Source: Psilocybe cubensis | Lineage: Eukaryota | Length of the DNA: 64,000 nucleotides | Direction of reading: 5' to 3' | Assembly (NCBI GenBank): GCA_017499595.2 | Contig: CM039008.1 | Coordinates: forward strand, 1,364,001-1,428,000 | Shown here: piece after piece, positions 1-12,070 of the stretch | Position numbering within the stretch: the first letter of the stretch is position 1 | Layout: the number at the start of each line of letters is the position of its first letter | The notes under the pieces: generated by a model | What the model saw: only the letters and a program-made list of their open reading frames with translations | What the model was told of the DNA's origin: nothing | Database searches by the model: none | Made by a program: the position numbers and the translations under genes

Positions 1-704
<704 letters not shown>

Positions 705-1260
705 GGTGTATATAAAGGGTGGAGGGTGGACCGTCGACGTGGACGAGTGACAAAAAGAAGTAAAGTTTAAGAATAAAGAAAGTCGGAAATTGGGTTTGGG
801 GAAAGATGTTAGTTCTGTATGTATATATTTCGGACGGAGTGTGCGATTAGATTTTATTTATTAGTCCGAACCGATCATCTTGTCTTTTCCGCTTATAGCA
901 GTCGTTAGTCCTTTGATTCCGAACGGCCGAAACCGAAAGTCGTCGCCTTGCTCTCGAGTGACAACAATCCAAAACCCCAAAGAACAAAATATGTAAAGAA
1001 AGTTGGTTTCGCAAGCTCCGATTCTACACTAGCAGATGTACCACAGAAGCACCGAGTAACCAAGTATCTGTAACCTTTCCCAAACCAATCAAGGTCAAAT
1101 ACTTCAAGCACATTTTATGAAAGTAAAAAAGCAAAACAAGACAAAAAAGATAGATATCAGAACCAAAAATTCGGTATACATAAAAAAAGAAAAGAAAAGA
1201 AAGGAAAGAAAAAACCAAAATAACTCTTGTCACTCCTCAATCGATAGGCCCAAGTCGTTT

Positions 1261-3483
1261 TTAATTTCCGGGGGCTTCTTCAGCTAATATCTGGTTCACC
1301 TGGCCGTCTTTCCACCGGACGGTGACCGAGCCGTCCTGTGCTTCCAGTCAGCCGGACCACTTCAATGCGAAAAATAAGAAAAGAAACAACTCACGGCGTT
1401 CCCAAAGTACGCAGCCTTCGCCATCTTGCAGAACAGCCCTACCTCCACCACACCCGTAAGCATCTTGATCTGTGCCATAATCTGTGAAGCATGACAAAAG
1501 GAAGAGGAGGTGGGAACGAAAGATACAAGAATCGTTAGCTACTAAACCCTTCAAACCTGAAATCTCGGCGCTTACAGTATACGGGTCAATCATCATATCG
1601 CGCTCAAACGGCGCGTCAATGACAAAGTTTCCATTATCCGAGACAACCGGGCCAGCTAAAAGTCCAATTACGTCGCATTAGCTCTTTTCATCAACGACAA
1701 GGAAGTAGGGATGTGGAATAGGGAAAGAAGAAAGGAGACGAGGGCGGTGGGTGGGGAACGGCGATACGAAAACAGCATAGAGGATGAATCGGAAAAGGTT
1801 AACGACATACCCTTCTTAACAGCCATCCTCAGCGTCGCCTTGGGCGATCCCAAAATATGATGCAAATTCTGCAACACCTTTGCATACGCGAACGGCACAA
1901 CCTCGATCGGCACACCTTGCGTGAACTACAAAGATCCAACCAAGGAGCAACTTAGCTTTCTCATCCTAGAAGAAAGCCCCAAGAGTAAGCAACACGCACA
2001 TTCGTCCCAAGATACTCCACATTCTTTCGATGGTCCGCAACAAGGATGAATCTATAATCATTTAAAAAAGAAAGCAAAAAGGAAGAAAAGAAACGCACGT
2101 CGTAGCAGCCTCCGCCAACACCTTTTCTCTCAAATGACACGCTCCTCCTCCTTTAACACAGTTCAACTGATGGTCGACTCTTCACAGTCACAACAACGGT
2201 TGGATTAATATCAACCCAAAGAAAGAAAAGAAAAACACGCACTCGTCCGCCCCATCAAGTGTAACATCGATCGTAGGGTACTGATCCACATCTCCAAGTC
2301 CTAATCCAGCATCGACGATGAGCTGTTTTGACTGAAATCCTGTTTGACAGGTCCGGGTTGAGGTTGAGGTTTAGGAAAGGTTGGCGGTACAGTCCAAACG
2401 CAATTAAAATCCAAAATGGAAGAGCAAGGAAGCAAGCAATTTAGATTAGATTAGATCATAAATTCGAAAAATCAGACACGTACCAGTCGGAATGAACACC
2501 CTCCCCTTATTCACAGCCGGGCCCTGCTGCACGATTCTCTCGACTACGTATGGTACCGTCGAACCTGCCGAGAATAAAAGTCTGTCAAGAGATGACATGC
2601 AGATACAAGACCATTTACAGTACATACCTGATCCAATTCCAATGACCTACACACCACATAAAGGGAATGAAACGATCATGAGCAGACCAATAACAATAAA
2701 GCAAGATCGACAGTAAAACCCAAAGAAAAACGAAAGCCCACACACCCGATGTTCCGGCAACACATGGTTATCCACCGCAGTATACGCTGCGAGACGTTTC
2801 GCCTGCTCGATCGCGTCCATGAGTCTCTTTGGTGGTACTATGTGCGCATATCGTTTAGGTTTAGAAGTTTATCCATCTAGTCGTTCAGATGTTGGGCGTA
2901 CCAGGTGTAGGACGAGTAACAATGCTCTCCGGCAAACCTAATCCAACAACAGGTCTAATCTGCGGTATCACAGGCGTCGTCCTGGAGCGGTAACACACAG
3001 TAATACGTGTAGGCGGGAAGCAAGAGATGTGTCGGGGGTTTCACCGTCGCAACAGGTGAGGTGCCGGGTGGGAGGACAATACGTATGGACAACAACCACA
3101 AAAAGGTTTAGGTTTCGGTTTCGGCGCCATCGGGTATAATATACGGGGCGCAGACGAGAGTTTTCCGTTCCCGTATGCGTCCGTGTGTCCGTGTATTCGT
3201 ATCCCGTATACCGTATACCGTGTGTCCATGTACCGTGTACCGTATCCGTGTGTCCGTGTGTCCGTTGTGTCCGTACCGTGTCCCCAGAACAAGTGAATAT
3301 GTCAAGCGTATGTGAAATGAAGATAGGTTAGGTTAGATGTTTGTGAGATGACATAGGGGCTTGGCTTGATAGTCATGATCAATGGTCGATGAACAACGAA
3401 GAGGAAGAGATGGCAGAAGAAAACACAACACCAGAAAGAAGCACGTACGGGACATCCGAATGAACCTGCGAAGGCAGCGGCAT
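1261..3483 (-). CDS. RKI1: Ribose-5-phosphate isomerase A, multi-exon; 5' end uncertain (ATG candidates 2820, 3483, 3672)
   Basis: Spliced motifs [59 protein letters not shown]; stop TAA at 1263-1261. Confidence 0.9.
3171..3283. repeat. Degenerate (CCGTRT/CCGTGT)n low-complexity minisatellite
   Basis: Repeated CCGTGT/CCGTAT units are visible, probably in the 5' intron or leader of RKI1. Confidence 0.7.
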
Positions 3484-3954
3484 CGTATCACTCTTAAACT
3501 TAAACTCAAGCTTGAACCTCCTCTGAGTCAGAACCAAGCCAGACGACTGTCGAAAATCCAACCGCGGTGCAAATCTCACAACAGAGCGAACGTGAACTGA
3601 AACTGGGTGCTGGTGAACTCGTTGTAGAAGGAGCGACGAGAATGGTGGATGCGCCACTGCGCAGAGCAGCATATATATAAAGTGTGTAATGAAGCGGATT
3701 CAGGCCAGAGCTAACTGCAACGCCCGGAGACCGGGATGGGAGCCGTCTGGGGCTGGGGGCTCAAGCGCACGGCTAGTCGCACCCTTTCTCCTAAGCAATG
3801 CCTCTCAGTTCCCCTTGACGCACTCCTCAACGCGATGTGTCGACGACGCAAGCACGTCGAGAGAGCGTGAGACCCGCGGTTTATTGGCGTGAGACGGACG
3901 ACTGGGAGTCTCTTTGTTCCCGAACCTCTTCCTCTTTCGCGTCGTGACGCAAAG

Positions 3955-4298
3955 ATGAGAGCAATCAAAGGTACTTTGTTTCATCCTCCATTGCACCCTA
4001 TATTAACCTTTCTCAGGTATCCTTCTCACCTGGTCAGCAACCACATTCTCCAGACACTACCATTAACCTGACACACCCCAGCGACCCCGCAGTGAAACAG
4101 ATCCTGCTCCTCATGAACGAGCGCGAGAGCTTCATCATCGAGGACCTCGACGAGAGCCACCTCGTCATCAAAGCCGAGCAGGAGTACCGCGTGCGCAAGG
4201 AGCTCGAGGCAGAGGTGCGTCACTCTCAAATGCCCGGGGGAATGCCACCTCACCCGTTTCTACAGTTGGAAAAAAACACATACAGCTTGGAGACATGA
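3955..4298 (+). CDS. TFB5: TFIIH subunit Tfb5/p8 (4 exons)
   Basis: Splicing three GT-AG introns gives MRAIKGILLTCDPAVKQILLLMNERESFIIEDLDESHLVIKAEQEYRVRKELEAELEKNTYSLET. Confidence 0.93.
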
Positions 4299-4575
4299 CG
4301 ATTATGCGTCAATTTACATCATGTATTCCCACCACCCAATGTCCCATATTCACTAGAACCCCTCCATTCACTATCTGCTGGTCCAGACACTGCGGTAGCC
4401 GACCTCTGTATGTTGACCAATGAGCAATTGTTCTACAAGTCTTATGAAAATTTGGCTCTATGTTTGACATACAGCAAACTATACATAATGCATGTATGAT
4501 AACTGCTTCATTAAAAACATACAGTAGTCGGTGCCTGCAGCGAGAGCGCAGTATCCACTTTTAAACAAGTTGTGG

Positions 4576-5196
4576 ATCGTTCTTTGGCGAGAACTATGCC
4601 TTCCCCGGTGGACTTATGATTGGAACGGACTCTCATACCTACGAGGACATGTCGCGCTCTGCTGCTCTCCTTAAGGAGGCCAAGGATGCTGGTCTCGAGC
4701 TCAAGTCCAAGTTCACCGGTACCCCGGATCAGAGCAAGTTCGTGCTACCATCGCCCGTGACGGACAGATTGAGGCTTTCGAGAACGTCGGAGGAGTTGTC
4801 CTTGCCAACGCTTGCGGACCTTGCATCGGACAATGGGACAGACAGGACGTTAAGAAGGGCGAAGCCAACACTAGTACGCTAAATTTATTTTGTTGACATC
4901 ATCGGTGTTGGGACCTTTGCTCCTGGTAAGAACTCGACTCTTGTCGCCAAGCACGCTGACGGCTCCGTCGACGTGAGTCTTTTTTCTTCTTTTCTTTTTT
5001 ATGGTTTCTGATGTTGGATGTACCACTTTTGTAGGAGATCCCTCTTGCTCACTCTTTCAACGAGGGTCAAATTGAGTGGTTCAAGGCTGGCTCTGCCCTC
5101 AACTTGGTACGTTCATGTTCTCATATCCAACATACCGTTTCTAACCCTTTTTTTTCAAAGATGGCTGCCAAGGCCAAGGCCGCTGGCTCTGCTTAA
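4576..5196 (+). pseudogene. ACO1: Internally deleted, frameshifted mitochondrial aconitase remnant
   Basis: ENYAFPGGLMIGTDSHT is fused directly to YEDMSR; frameshift near 4722; then [13 protein letters not shown]...[11 protein letters not shown]; then C-terminal exons ...HSFNEGQIEWFKAGSALNL|MAAKAKAAGSA*. Confidence 0.88.
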
Positions 5197-6908
5197 AAAC
5201 CGAGTAGATTTATCTCTACTGCTTTTTTTCTTGTTCTTTTTTTCCTTCGTGGTTCCAATCTCCTCGATGTGAAAGGACGGAAAAAAAATTAGATATCGCG
5301 AATACGATCAGATGAAGCGGGATACTTTTTTCAAATGTATTAGTTCCTGGAACATATTTTGTTGTATGAATTGCTTGGACGAGATTGGGATGGGTGGATG
5401 GATGGATTTAAACGAGTTCGGGCGTTAGAGGTTGGATGTGGTTTGTCCGAGTTGGAAAGTTCTGATTGGTGTATGTGGTTTAAATCTACCGCATGTACCC
5501 ATGAGGACGAAGGAGGTGTGTTGCAGTTGAACGCTATACGAGCTTTTGTTAGGTAGCCAGATAGCGGGAGACAAGGAACGGTGCAGATCGTTCCTGCTCT
5601 CTTTTTTTTCTTACTACTTACCTTGTACGCATTATGACAGTCTTTTTGTTTTTTTATAGATTTTTTCTTTTTTATCTCAAAATTTTTTTTGTCTTCTGGT
5701 TTGGTGTGCGGTTTTTGGTTTTTGGTTTGGGATTGTTATGTGGTTCGGGATGTTGTGCCGTCTGGTCGTTCAGCTTGTTTGGGGGGATGGGCAAGGGATG
5801 GGTTGAGGTTGATTGTTGATGATGTTGAGAAAGGTGGGTGAGGGTGTAGGAGAATGCGTGAGGTTTATAGAATGAACTGTGTCTCGGTGTAGAGATGGGA
5901 TTTGCCTGCTGGTGTTGGCATTGAGATCTGAGAGGCTACGACTGTACGAGATTACGAGGAGACGCGACACGACGCGACGCGATGTGGGATACTGTATGGC
6001 ACGTGCTTTTGATAGCCAATAGGAACGTTCGAAGTTGAAATGAAATTGCTTCATAGAGGGCGAATGGCAACCTTGATCGAACCAAACTTGAACTGGAACT
6101 TTGACGTTGCTTTTGAATTTTGTCCTTGGACGTTTTGGTCTGATGCACTCTTGCACTCTTTGCTTTGCTTTTGGATTTTGAAGGATTGGTGACTGCTGGC
6201 GAAATGGATGGGTTTTTTCGTGCTGCTTCTTGGTCTTCAACTTTGGATCTGGTGTCTGGTTCTAACAAGTGCTTCAATTGCCATTTGATTCTTCGATTTG
6301 AGTGTGTCGAGATCGGGGATTCGGAAGGGCAGATTTGTATACTTTGGTTGAGCTTTACTGTGTTGAATCTTCGTTTGCTGCGCTCTGCTTTCTATGCGAC
6401 TGGACGTGGACGTTTAGGATGCCTGCAAAAATACTACCGTGCTACTGGATAACTGGACTATGTTTTCCTTGGGTGCTGCTGTCTTTTTTTGCATTGGACT
6501 TGGCATCGTTTAATGAACTAAACACGACGACTCTTGCGATGTTGTTTGTGCTGTTCTGTGTTTTTCGCTGCTCCCGCTCCAGGAATTCCAATATTTCAAG
6601 GTGCCCGTTCTCTGGACCTAGGTGTTTTCCCCACTCGATCTTATTCTCGATCTTCTGACACTGTCTCAGGTATCTTCGTCGTCTCTGACATAACATTCTG
6701 GACGCGACGCGTATACGTTTGTGTGGGGATGTTAGTTCCCCCTCGATCGATCGTATACAAGCTCGCCCGGGCGTGGTGTATATAATCCTACCCTCTCTTT
6801 ACTTCCTCTCTTTCCTTCCTTCTCTTCAGTCTCTCACCGAAGGAAAGACTCTACTGTATACCCTCTTGTTATTTTCTGCGATACCTCTTTACGAATATCA
6901 CGAACATC

Positions 6909-9858
6909 ATGAAGCTCTTCAAGCGCAAGTCTACCAAAGGCGATGTCGTCGCCGAGGTTATGGGCATCTCGCCCGGCGCCGTTGGTTCTGCCAACGACGC
7001 GACCAAGCCCAAGAAGAAGAAGGGCAAGGCCCGCCGTGTCTGTATGTATCTCATCTCATCCTCGCCAAGGCTCTGGAGCGTGTTCGAGCGTGTTCTGACG
7101 CGTTCATTTTTAGTCCTCGGTATCTTGAAGAAGACCGTTCCCTGCGCGTCGGGAAGAGCCCACACGGTTGAGAACGTCGGCGAGGACGAAAGCTTCTACG
7201 ACCAAAAGCACAAGAGCGAAGTTACTGCCACGGGCGAGTTCATCTTCGAGCCCATGGGGCTCCCCGCCCAATCGGTTGCGGTGCCCATCGCTGCGCCAGC
7301 CCCTGCCCACGTCGCCGGGCGCAGGAACCGTCAGGCTCAGATCATTCAGCCCAAGGTTCAGGCCCCAGCTGCTATGGGCGAGGTCAATGGATCCGTCGAC
7401 ATCGTCCAGGAGGCCAGGGAACGCACTGAGAGGGTCGTTCCAGAGGCGATGAACCCCGCCAACGCCAACGCTGGCGGGAACAGGAACCGCACTGCTCGCG
7501 TTATTCAGCCCAAGATTCAAGATGGGTCGGTCGACAAGTTCAGCATCATCGAGCGGGCCTATCTTCATCAGCTCAAAACGCAAGGAGATCGTCCTCCTCC
7601 CAGCGACGCGCAGAACAAGGCCAAGCGCCAGGCGCGTATCATGTACCCTGGGGCCATCAACCCTGACCACAAGCCTGGTGCAGTCAAGGCCGCCGACGTC
7701 GAGAAGGAGGTTAGCACTCGTCCCAAGATCCCCTTGCCTCCTATGCCTATCGACCCGACTTTCGACCCAAACGCAAGGAGCGAAGTGAGGATCGCGCACC
7801 CCTTCGTCTACCCCCCGCGCCCACCACCCAAGCCCCTCGTCGAGCACGATGCCAGCTCTCCTCCGAACATTCCTCTGCCACCTGTGCCCACCTACCCCTA
7901 CGACAGGAAGTTTAGGCGTCAGGCGCGCATCGCTCAACCCAAGGCTGTCGATGCTCCCGCCGAGGTCGCCGACGCCCCCGTCGTCAAGGTCGAGGAGCCA
8001 GTCAAGCCCGTCGTTGTTGAAAGCTCGACCACTCCCGAGGCTGTCGATGTCGTCGAGGTCGCCGAGGTCGCACCTGCCAACACCGTTCAGAAATCCAGAC
8101 GTCATGCACGCATCGTCCAACCGATTGTTTTCGCCCCCGACAATGAGCCAGCTGCTGTGGACGACCTCGACAACGGCAAGGACGCTGCTGTGGCCACCAA
8201 CGTCCTTGAGGTTGCCGAGGTCGACACTGCGAACGTTGCTCAGAGGAAGAGGCGTCACGCACGATTTGTGCTTCCCGTCGATTATATCCCAGCTTGTGAA
8301 GCTGCGACGGGTGTTGAGGTTGAAGATGTTGTCAAGCCTGCCGTGGTCGAAGAACCTGTCGGTGTTGAGGAGCCTGCCGTCGTGGTCGTCGAGGAGCCTG
8401 TCGTCGAGGAGCCTGTCGCCGTCGAGGAGCCTGTCGTCGAGGAACCTGTCGTCGAGGAACCTGTTGTCGTCGAGGAGTCAGCTGTCGTCGATGTTCAGTC
8501 CAAGGTCGTCGATCACGTCGAGGTCGACGAAGAACGCCGCAAGCGTGCTTATACCTCTTTCGATGCAGTGCTTGTTGGCCTTAGCCTTCTCCGCGATGAC
8601 TCCAGCGAGGGCGAAAGCTACAAGGAACGCGACTTTTTTTCAGACGGTACGTCTTTTATCTTTGTTTCACTGATGTCTACCTTTGGTTGACTTTTGTACC
8701 CATAGAATCTTCGCATCCTGGTGATGTAGAAGATGTCGTCTCTGAGGTTGCCGCTGCTGTTGAGAATGAGGTAGCTGTTCGTTGTTCTCTTGAGGTGCGA
8801 GTGGCTGTTACCTCCAAAGTTGTTGCATATGGAACAATTCTTTTCGATGAAAATAACAGTGAGTAATGTCTCTTTCTTTCATACTACTTTTGTTGTTGAC
8901 GTTTCAATAGATAACACTGTCTCCGAGGTCGCTTCGTTTGAAGATGACCTCATCGTCCTTGGATCTTTCTCCAAGGATGCCGATTTCAAAGTTTGCACCT
9001 TCGGGTCCATTCCTCTTCTGGAGGATGATACCAGTGAGTACCCCTGTTATCACATTCTGTCTCTGTCTCTCTCCTCTTTCTTTTCATGCCTCCGCAACTT
9101 CAGCTGCTGATGTCTTGTGGCTTCTAGTCGGCAATTTCATCAAGACACAATATCTTACTCGTCGTGTTGCCGTTGGGAAGACCTCGGAAGTTGTTGGTTC
9201 GTCTGTTGTTGATTCTTCTACAGTCAGCGAGGTTGTCGATAGATCCTCGAATGGCGACTTGTCTCCTCTTGTGGATTCTATTCCTTCGGAGTACTCTTCC
9301 TCTCCTACTACTCCGGTCGAGGTTCAACAAGCTGGGGACCTGCCAAAGGAGGAGGTGAAGGAAGAAGTCAAAGAAATCGTTGATGTCATTGAAGAGGTAC
9401 CTGTTCTCGGTTCCCCTATCAAACTTGTGACTTCTTCACCCAAGCTTGCTGTGGTTCCAACCTCGCTTCCTTATGCCAAGGGAGTTCCTACTCGTCGGGT
9501 CGATATTCGTGGCACTCGTCAACGGGTCCAATGCGAGGGAACATCGACCAGCACTGGGGAACAACCTGGCGTTCTCGTGCGAAGTATTCTGAACTTGGAA
9601 GAGGCGTACTCTACGACCAATAAGCCTCGCATTGCTTCAGCTTCGCCTGTTGTCGAGACGGATGCACCGCTTTCCACTACCAGGAAAGTTCCACCTTCTC
9701 GAATTCCAGTACTGGCATCACGACGAGAAGCTCTTGCTCGCCGTCGCTTTGGTACGCTATACGAGTCGCGATCTACACCTGCACCTGGTATTCGACCTTT
9801 GTTACTGCCCTTGCATAAGAGCAATCGCGATGCATACGACTCGGAGCATGAGCGATGA
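6909..9858 (+). CDS. Orphan disordered Pro/Glu/Val-rich protein (FGSIPLL family), copy A, 5 exons
   Basis: TATA at ~6778 followed by a CT-rich leader; long ORFs; GT-AG introns at ~7042, 8647, 8859 and 9034 keep the frame; intact near-identical copy at 28027; diverged paralog at 38601. Confidence 0.8.
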
Positions 9859-10195
9859 ACACTATATTCTGCTGGCATCTTCGCTGGTATTTGCATATTA
9901 TTCTGGCTCTCTCTCTCTCTCTCTCTTTTTCTCTCTCTCATCTCTGGATTTGTATCGACTCTGGTTTCTGTCTCTCGTCTTTTTTTCTCGTCTCTGTCTC
10001 TCTCTGTCTCGTCTCTCGTCTCTTGTATCTCTTTTTGTCTCTTTTTTCTATCTCGATTTTTGTCTCGTTTATTGTGTCTTGTTTCTTTTTCTCTCTCTCT
10101 TTTTTCTCTTTTTATTTTGTATTTTTTCTTGATCTGTATCTTTTTCTTTTTCTGTCTCCCTTAATATGCCGTTCATCTTGGTGACGGTCATCATA

Positions 10196-10825
10196 TATCT
10201 GGTGAGTTTTCGCACACTGCAACTATATCTTGCAACCTTTCTGACTTTTATTTTTTTAGGATTTTCGCCCTTCATATATGGGCATAAGTTCAACAATCTA
10301 TATCAAATTTTAGACATATATCCTCTTAATATCTGGCGAGTTTCACACTGCAACTGTATTACACACCTGTCCTAACTCTTTTTCTTAGGATTTTTGCCCT
10401 TCATATATGGGCGTAAATCCGAATAATCTGCATCAAGTTTTAGACAAATATACTCGTAATATCTGGTGAGTTACACGTTGTATCTGTGCCTCACCTGTCC
10501 TAACTCTTTTTCTCAGGATTTTCGCCCTTCAAATATGGGCGTAAATCCAAACAATTTGCATCACATTTTAGACAAATATACTCGTAATATCTGGTGAGTT
10601 CCACGTTGTAACTGTGCCTCACCTGTTTTGACTCTCTTCTTAGGATTTTCGCCCTTCATATATGGGCGTCTTTATCAAATTTTAGACAAATATACTCGTA
10701 ATGTCTGGTGAGTTTCACACCGCCATTGTTCTCTACACCTGTTCTGACTCTTACCAGGATCTTCGCCCTTCATATCTGGGCGTAATCCGAATAATCTGCA
10801 TCAAATTTATACTCTATTAGATATG
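10196..10825 (+). repeat. Tandem array of 5 intron+exon units (~115-135 bp), copy A
   Basis: Each unit is ATCTG|GTGAGT...CTAAC/CTGAC...YAG|GATTTTCGCCCTTCATATATGGGCG...; donors at 10202, 10336 (GC), 10466, 10594, 10708, then 10826. Confidence 0.85.
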
Positions 10826-11295
10826 GTAAGCTTTGCACATCCCTTTTCGTCTACTCTCTCTCATCTCAATTGTCGCTGTTGACAGGTCCTTTATACATCT
10901 TTATGGAAGTGTCGTGTGCATTTGTCATGACTATTTCTCTTAATCTTTCGTACGATTTATGCGCATTTAAATCGTTTACTGTATCTAACTTCAGTTCTAA
11001 GGTCTTCTATACATTTCGACGATGTCCATTTATCGTCGTTCTTCATGGCCGATGACTTCATTACATCCTCGAAGTCGTTCGCCTGCTCAGTGACTCGCGT
11101 TCGGATTTCACTGACAAAGTTCTCGCTCCTTGGCACCATTGGTTAACAACGCTCGCAGTTTCAGCAGGTGAGTCCTAGTTATCTTCAACATTACTCTCCT
11201 TTCTGATCATACTTTTTCAGATTTCTCAGCTGAGGCTTCTTAGGCATACTCTACCCTGGGCACAGGCCATACCGCCCAGCACTGGAAACAATATC

Positions 11296-11530
11296 CGGGT
11301 TAGGGAACACACAGCCGACGGGCATCCTTGTGTTCCTCCTTTCATCAGGTGAAGGAGTTGTCTGACGGGACAATTTCTGAGCCACATCGCAGCCGCATAT
11401 GGAGTCGGGAGCGCTGACGAGTGCTCTCGTTTTCATTGTGTGGCTGCGGTGTCCGGTTGCATGGGATAGGGGGCGCAGTGCTGACGAGTGCTGTTTCCTT
11501 CTACTCTTGCGCCGGGATGATTGCCCGGAT
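11296..11530 (+). ncRNA. Putative structured RNA element with four GACG-tetraloop hairpins, copy A
   Basis: GACG loops at 11317, 11364, 11416 and 11483, each closed by a stem; compensatory changes relative to 49085-49320. Confidence 0.65.
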
Positions 11531-11730
11531 ACCTCCCAAACCAGTTGCCCATTCCGGATGCGCCAACCTCCAGCCTCGCCTTGCCTTTATATCTGCCGCT
11601 GCAAATTACTCGTTGCCATCATCATACGCCATTGGACCGAACACCTGGACGCTACCGTCCTTCTCCGTCCTTCTCCGGAGCCCTAGACAATCGCTGGCTC
11701 AAACTTCTCTGCAATGTTCGAGATAGACCT

Positions 11731-12070
11731 CTATCAACTTTCTCGGCATTTACGACCTTCACGACCTTTTACGACCTCCACGGTTTTACAACCGTCATGA
11801 CCTTTACGACATTTTACGACCTTCACGGTTTTACGACCGTCACGACCTTTTACGACCTCCACGGTTACACAACCGTCACGACCTTTACGACCTTTTACGA
11901 GCCTCACGGTTTCACAACCGTTACGACCTTTCACGACCTTTTACGACTTTTACGACCTCCACGGTTACACAACCGTCACGACATTTTACGACCCTCACGG
12001 TTGCACAACCGTTACGACCTTTTACGACCTCCACGGTTTTACAACCGTCATGACCACACCGTTACGACCA
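11731..12070 (+). repeat. Hairpin minisatellite (ACGGTT-NNAC-AACCGT with ACGACCTTT spacers), ~7 hairpins, copy A
   Basis: Repeats are directly visible. Confidence 0.9.

Noticed and set aside
7110-8258. 382-aa antisense ORF (and its copy at 28232-29380)
   Set aside because: Shadow of the codon-biased sense gene.
11297-11305. GGGTTAGGG / CCCTAACCC, a possible telomerase RNA template
   Set aside because: Only 9 nt, not conserved in copy D, and on the strand opposite the predicted structure.
11251-11436. Minus-strand ORF MKTRALVSAP... similar to 49227-48970 MKAEVLVSTP...
   Set aside because: The similarity is more simply a by-product of the conserved + strand structure; lengths and C-termini differ. 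Not fully excluded without dN/dS.
11410-11500. CTGACGAG twice, resembling a hammerhead ribozyme core
   Set aside because: No downstream GAAA after a stem II on the same strand; the motif is explained as the GACG hairpin apex.
10196-12070. Repeat arrays as CRISPR
   Set aside because: Eukaryotic context, the spacers are homologous to each other, and there are no cas genes.
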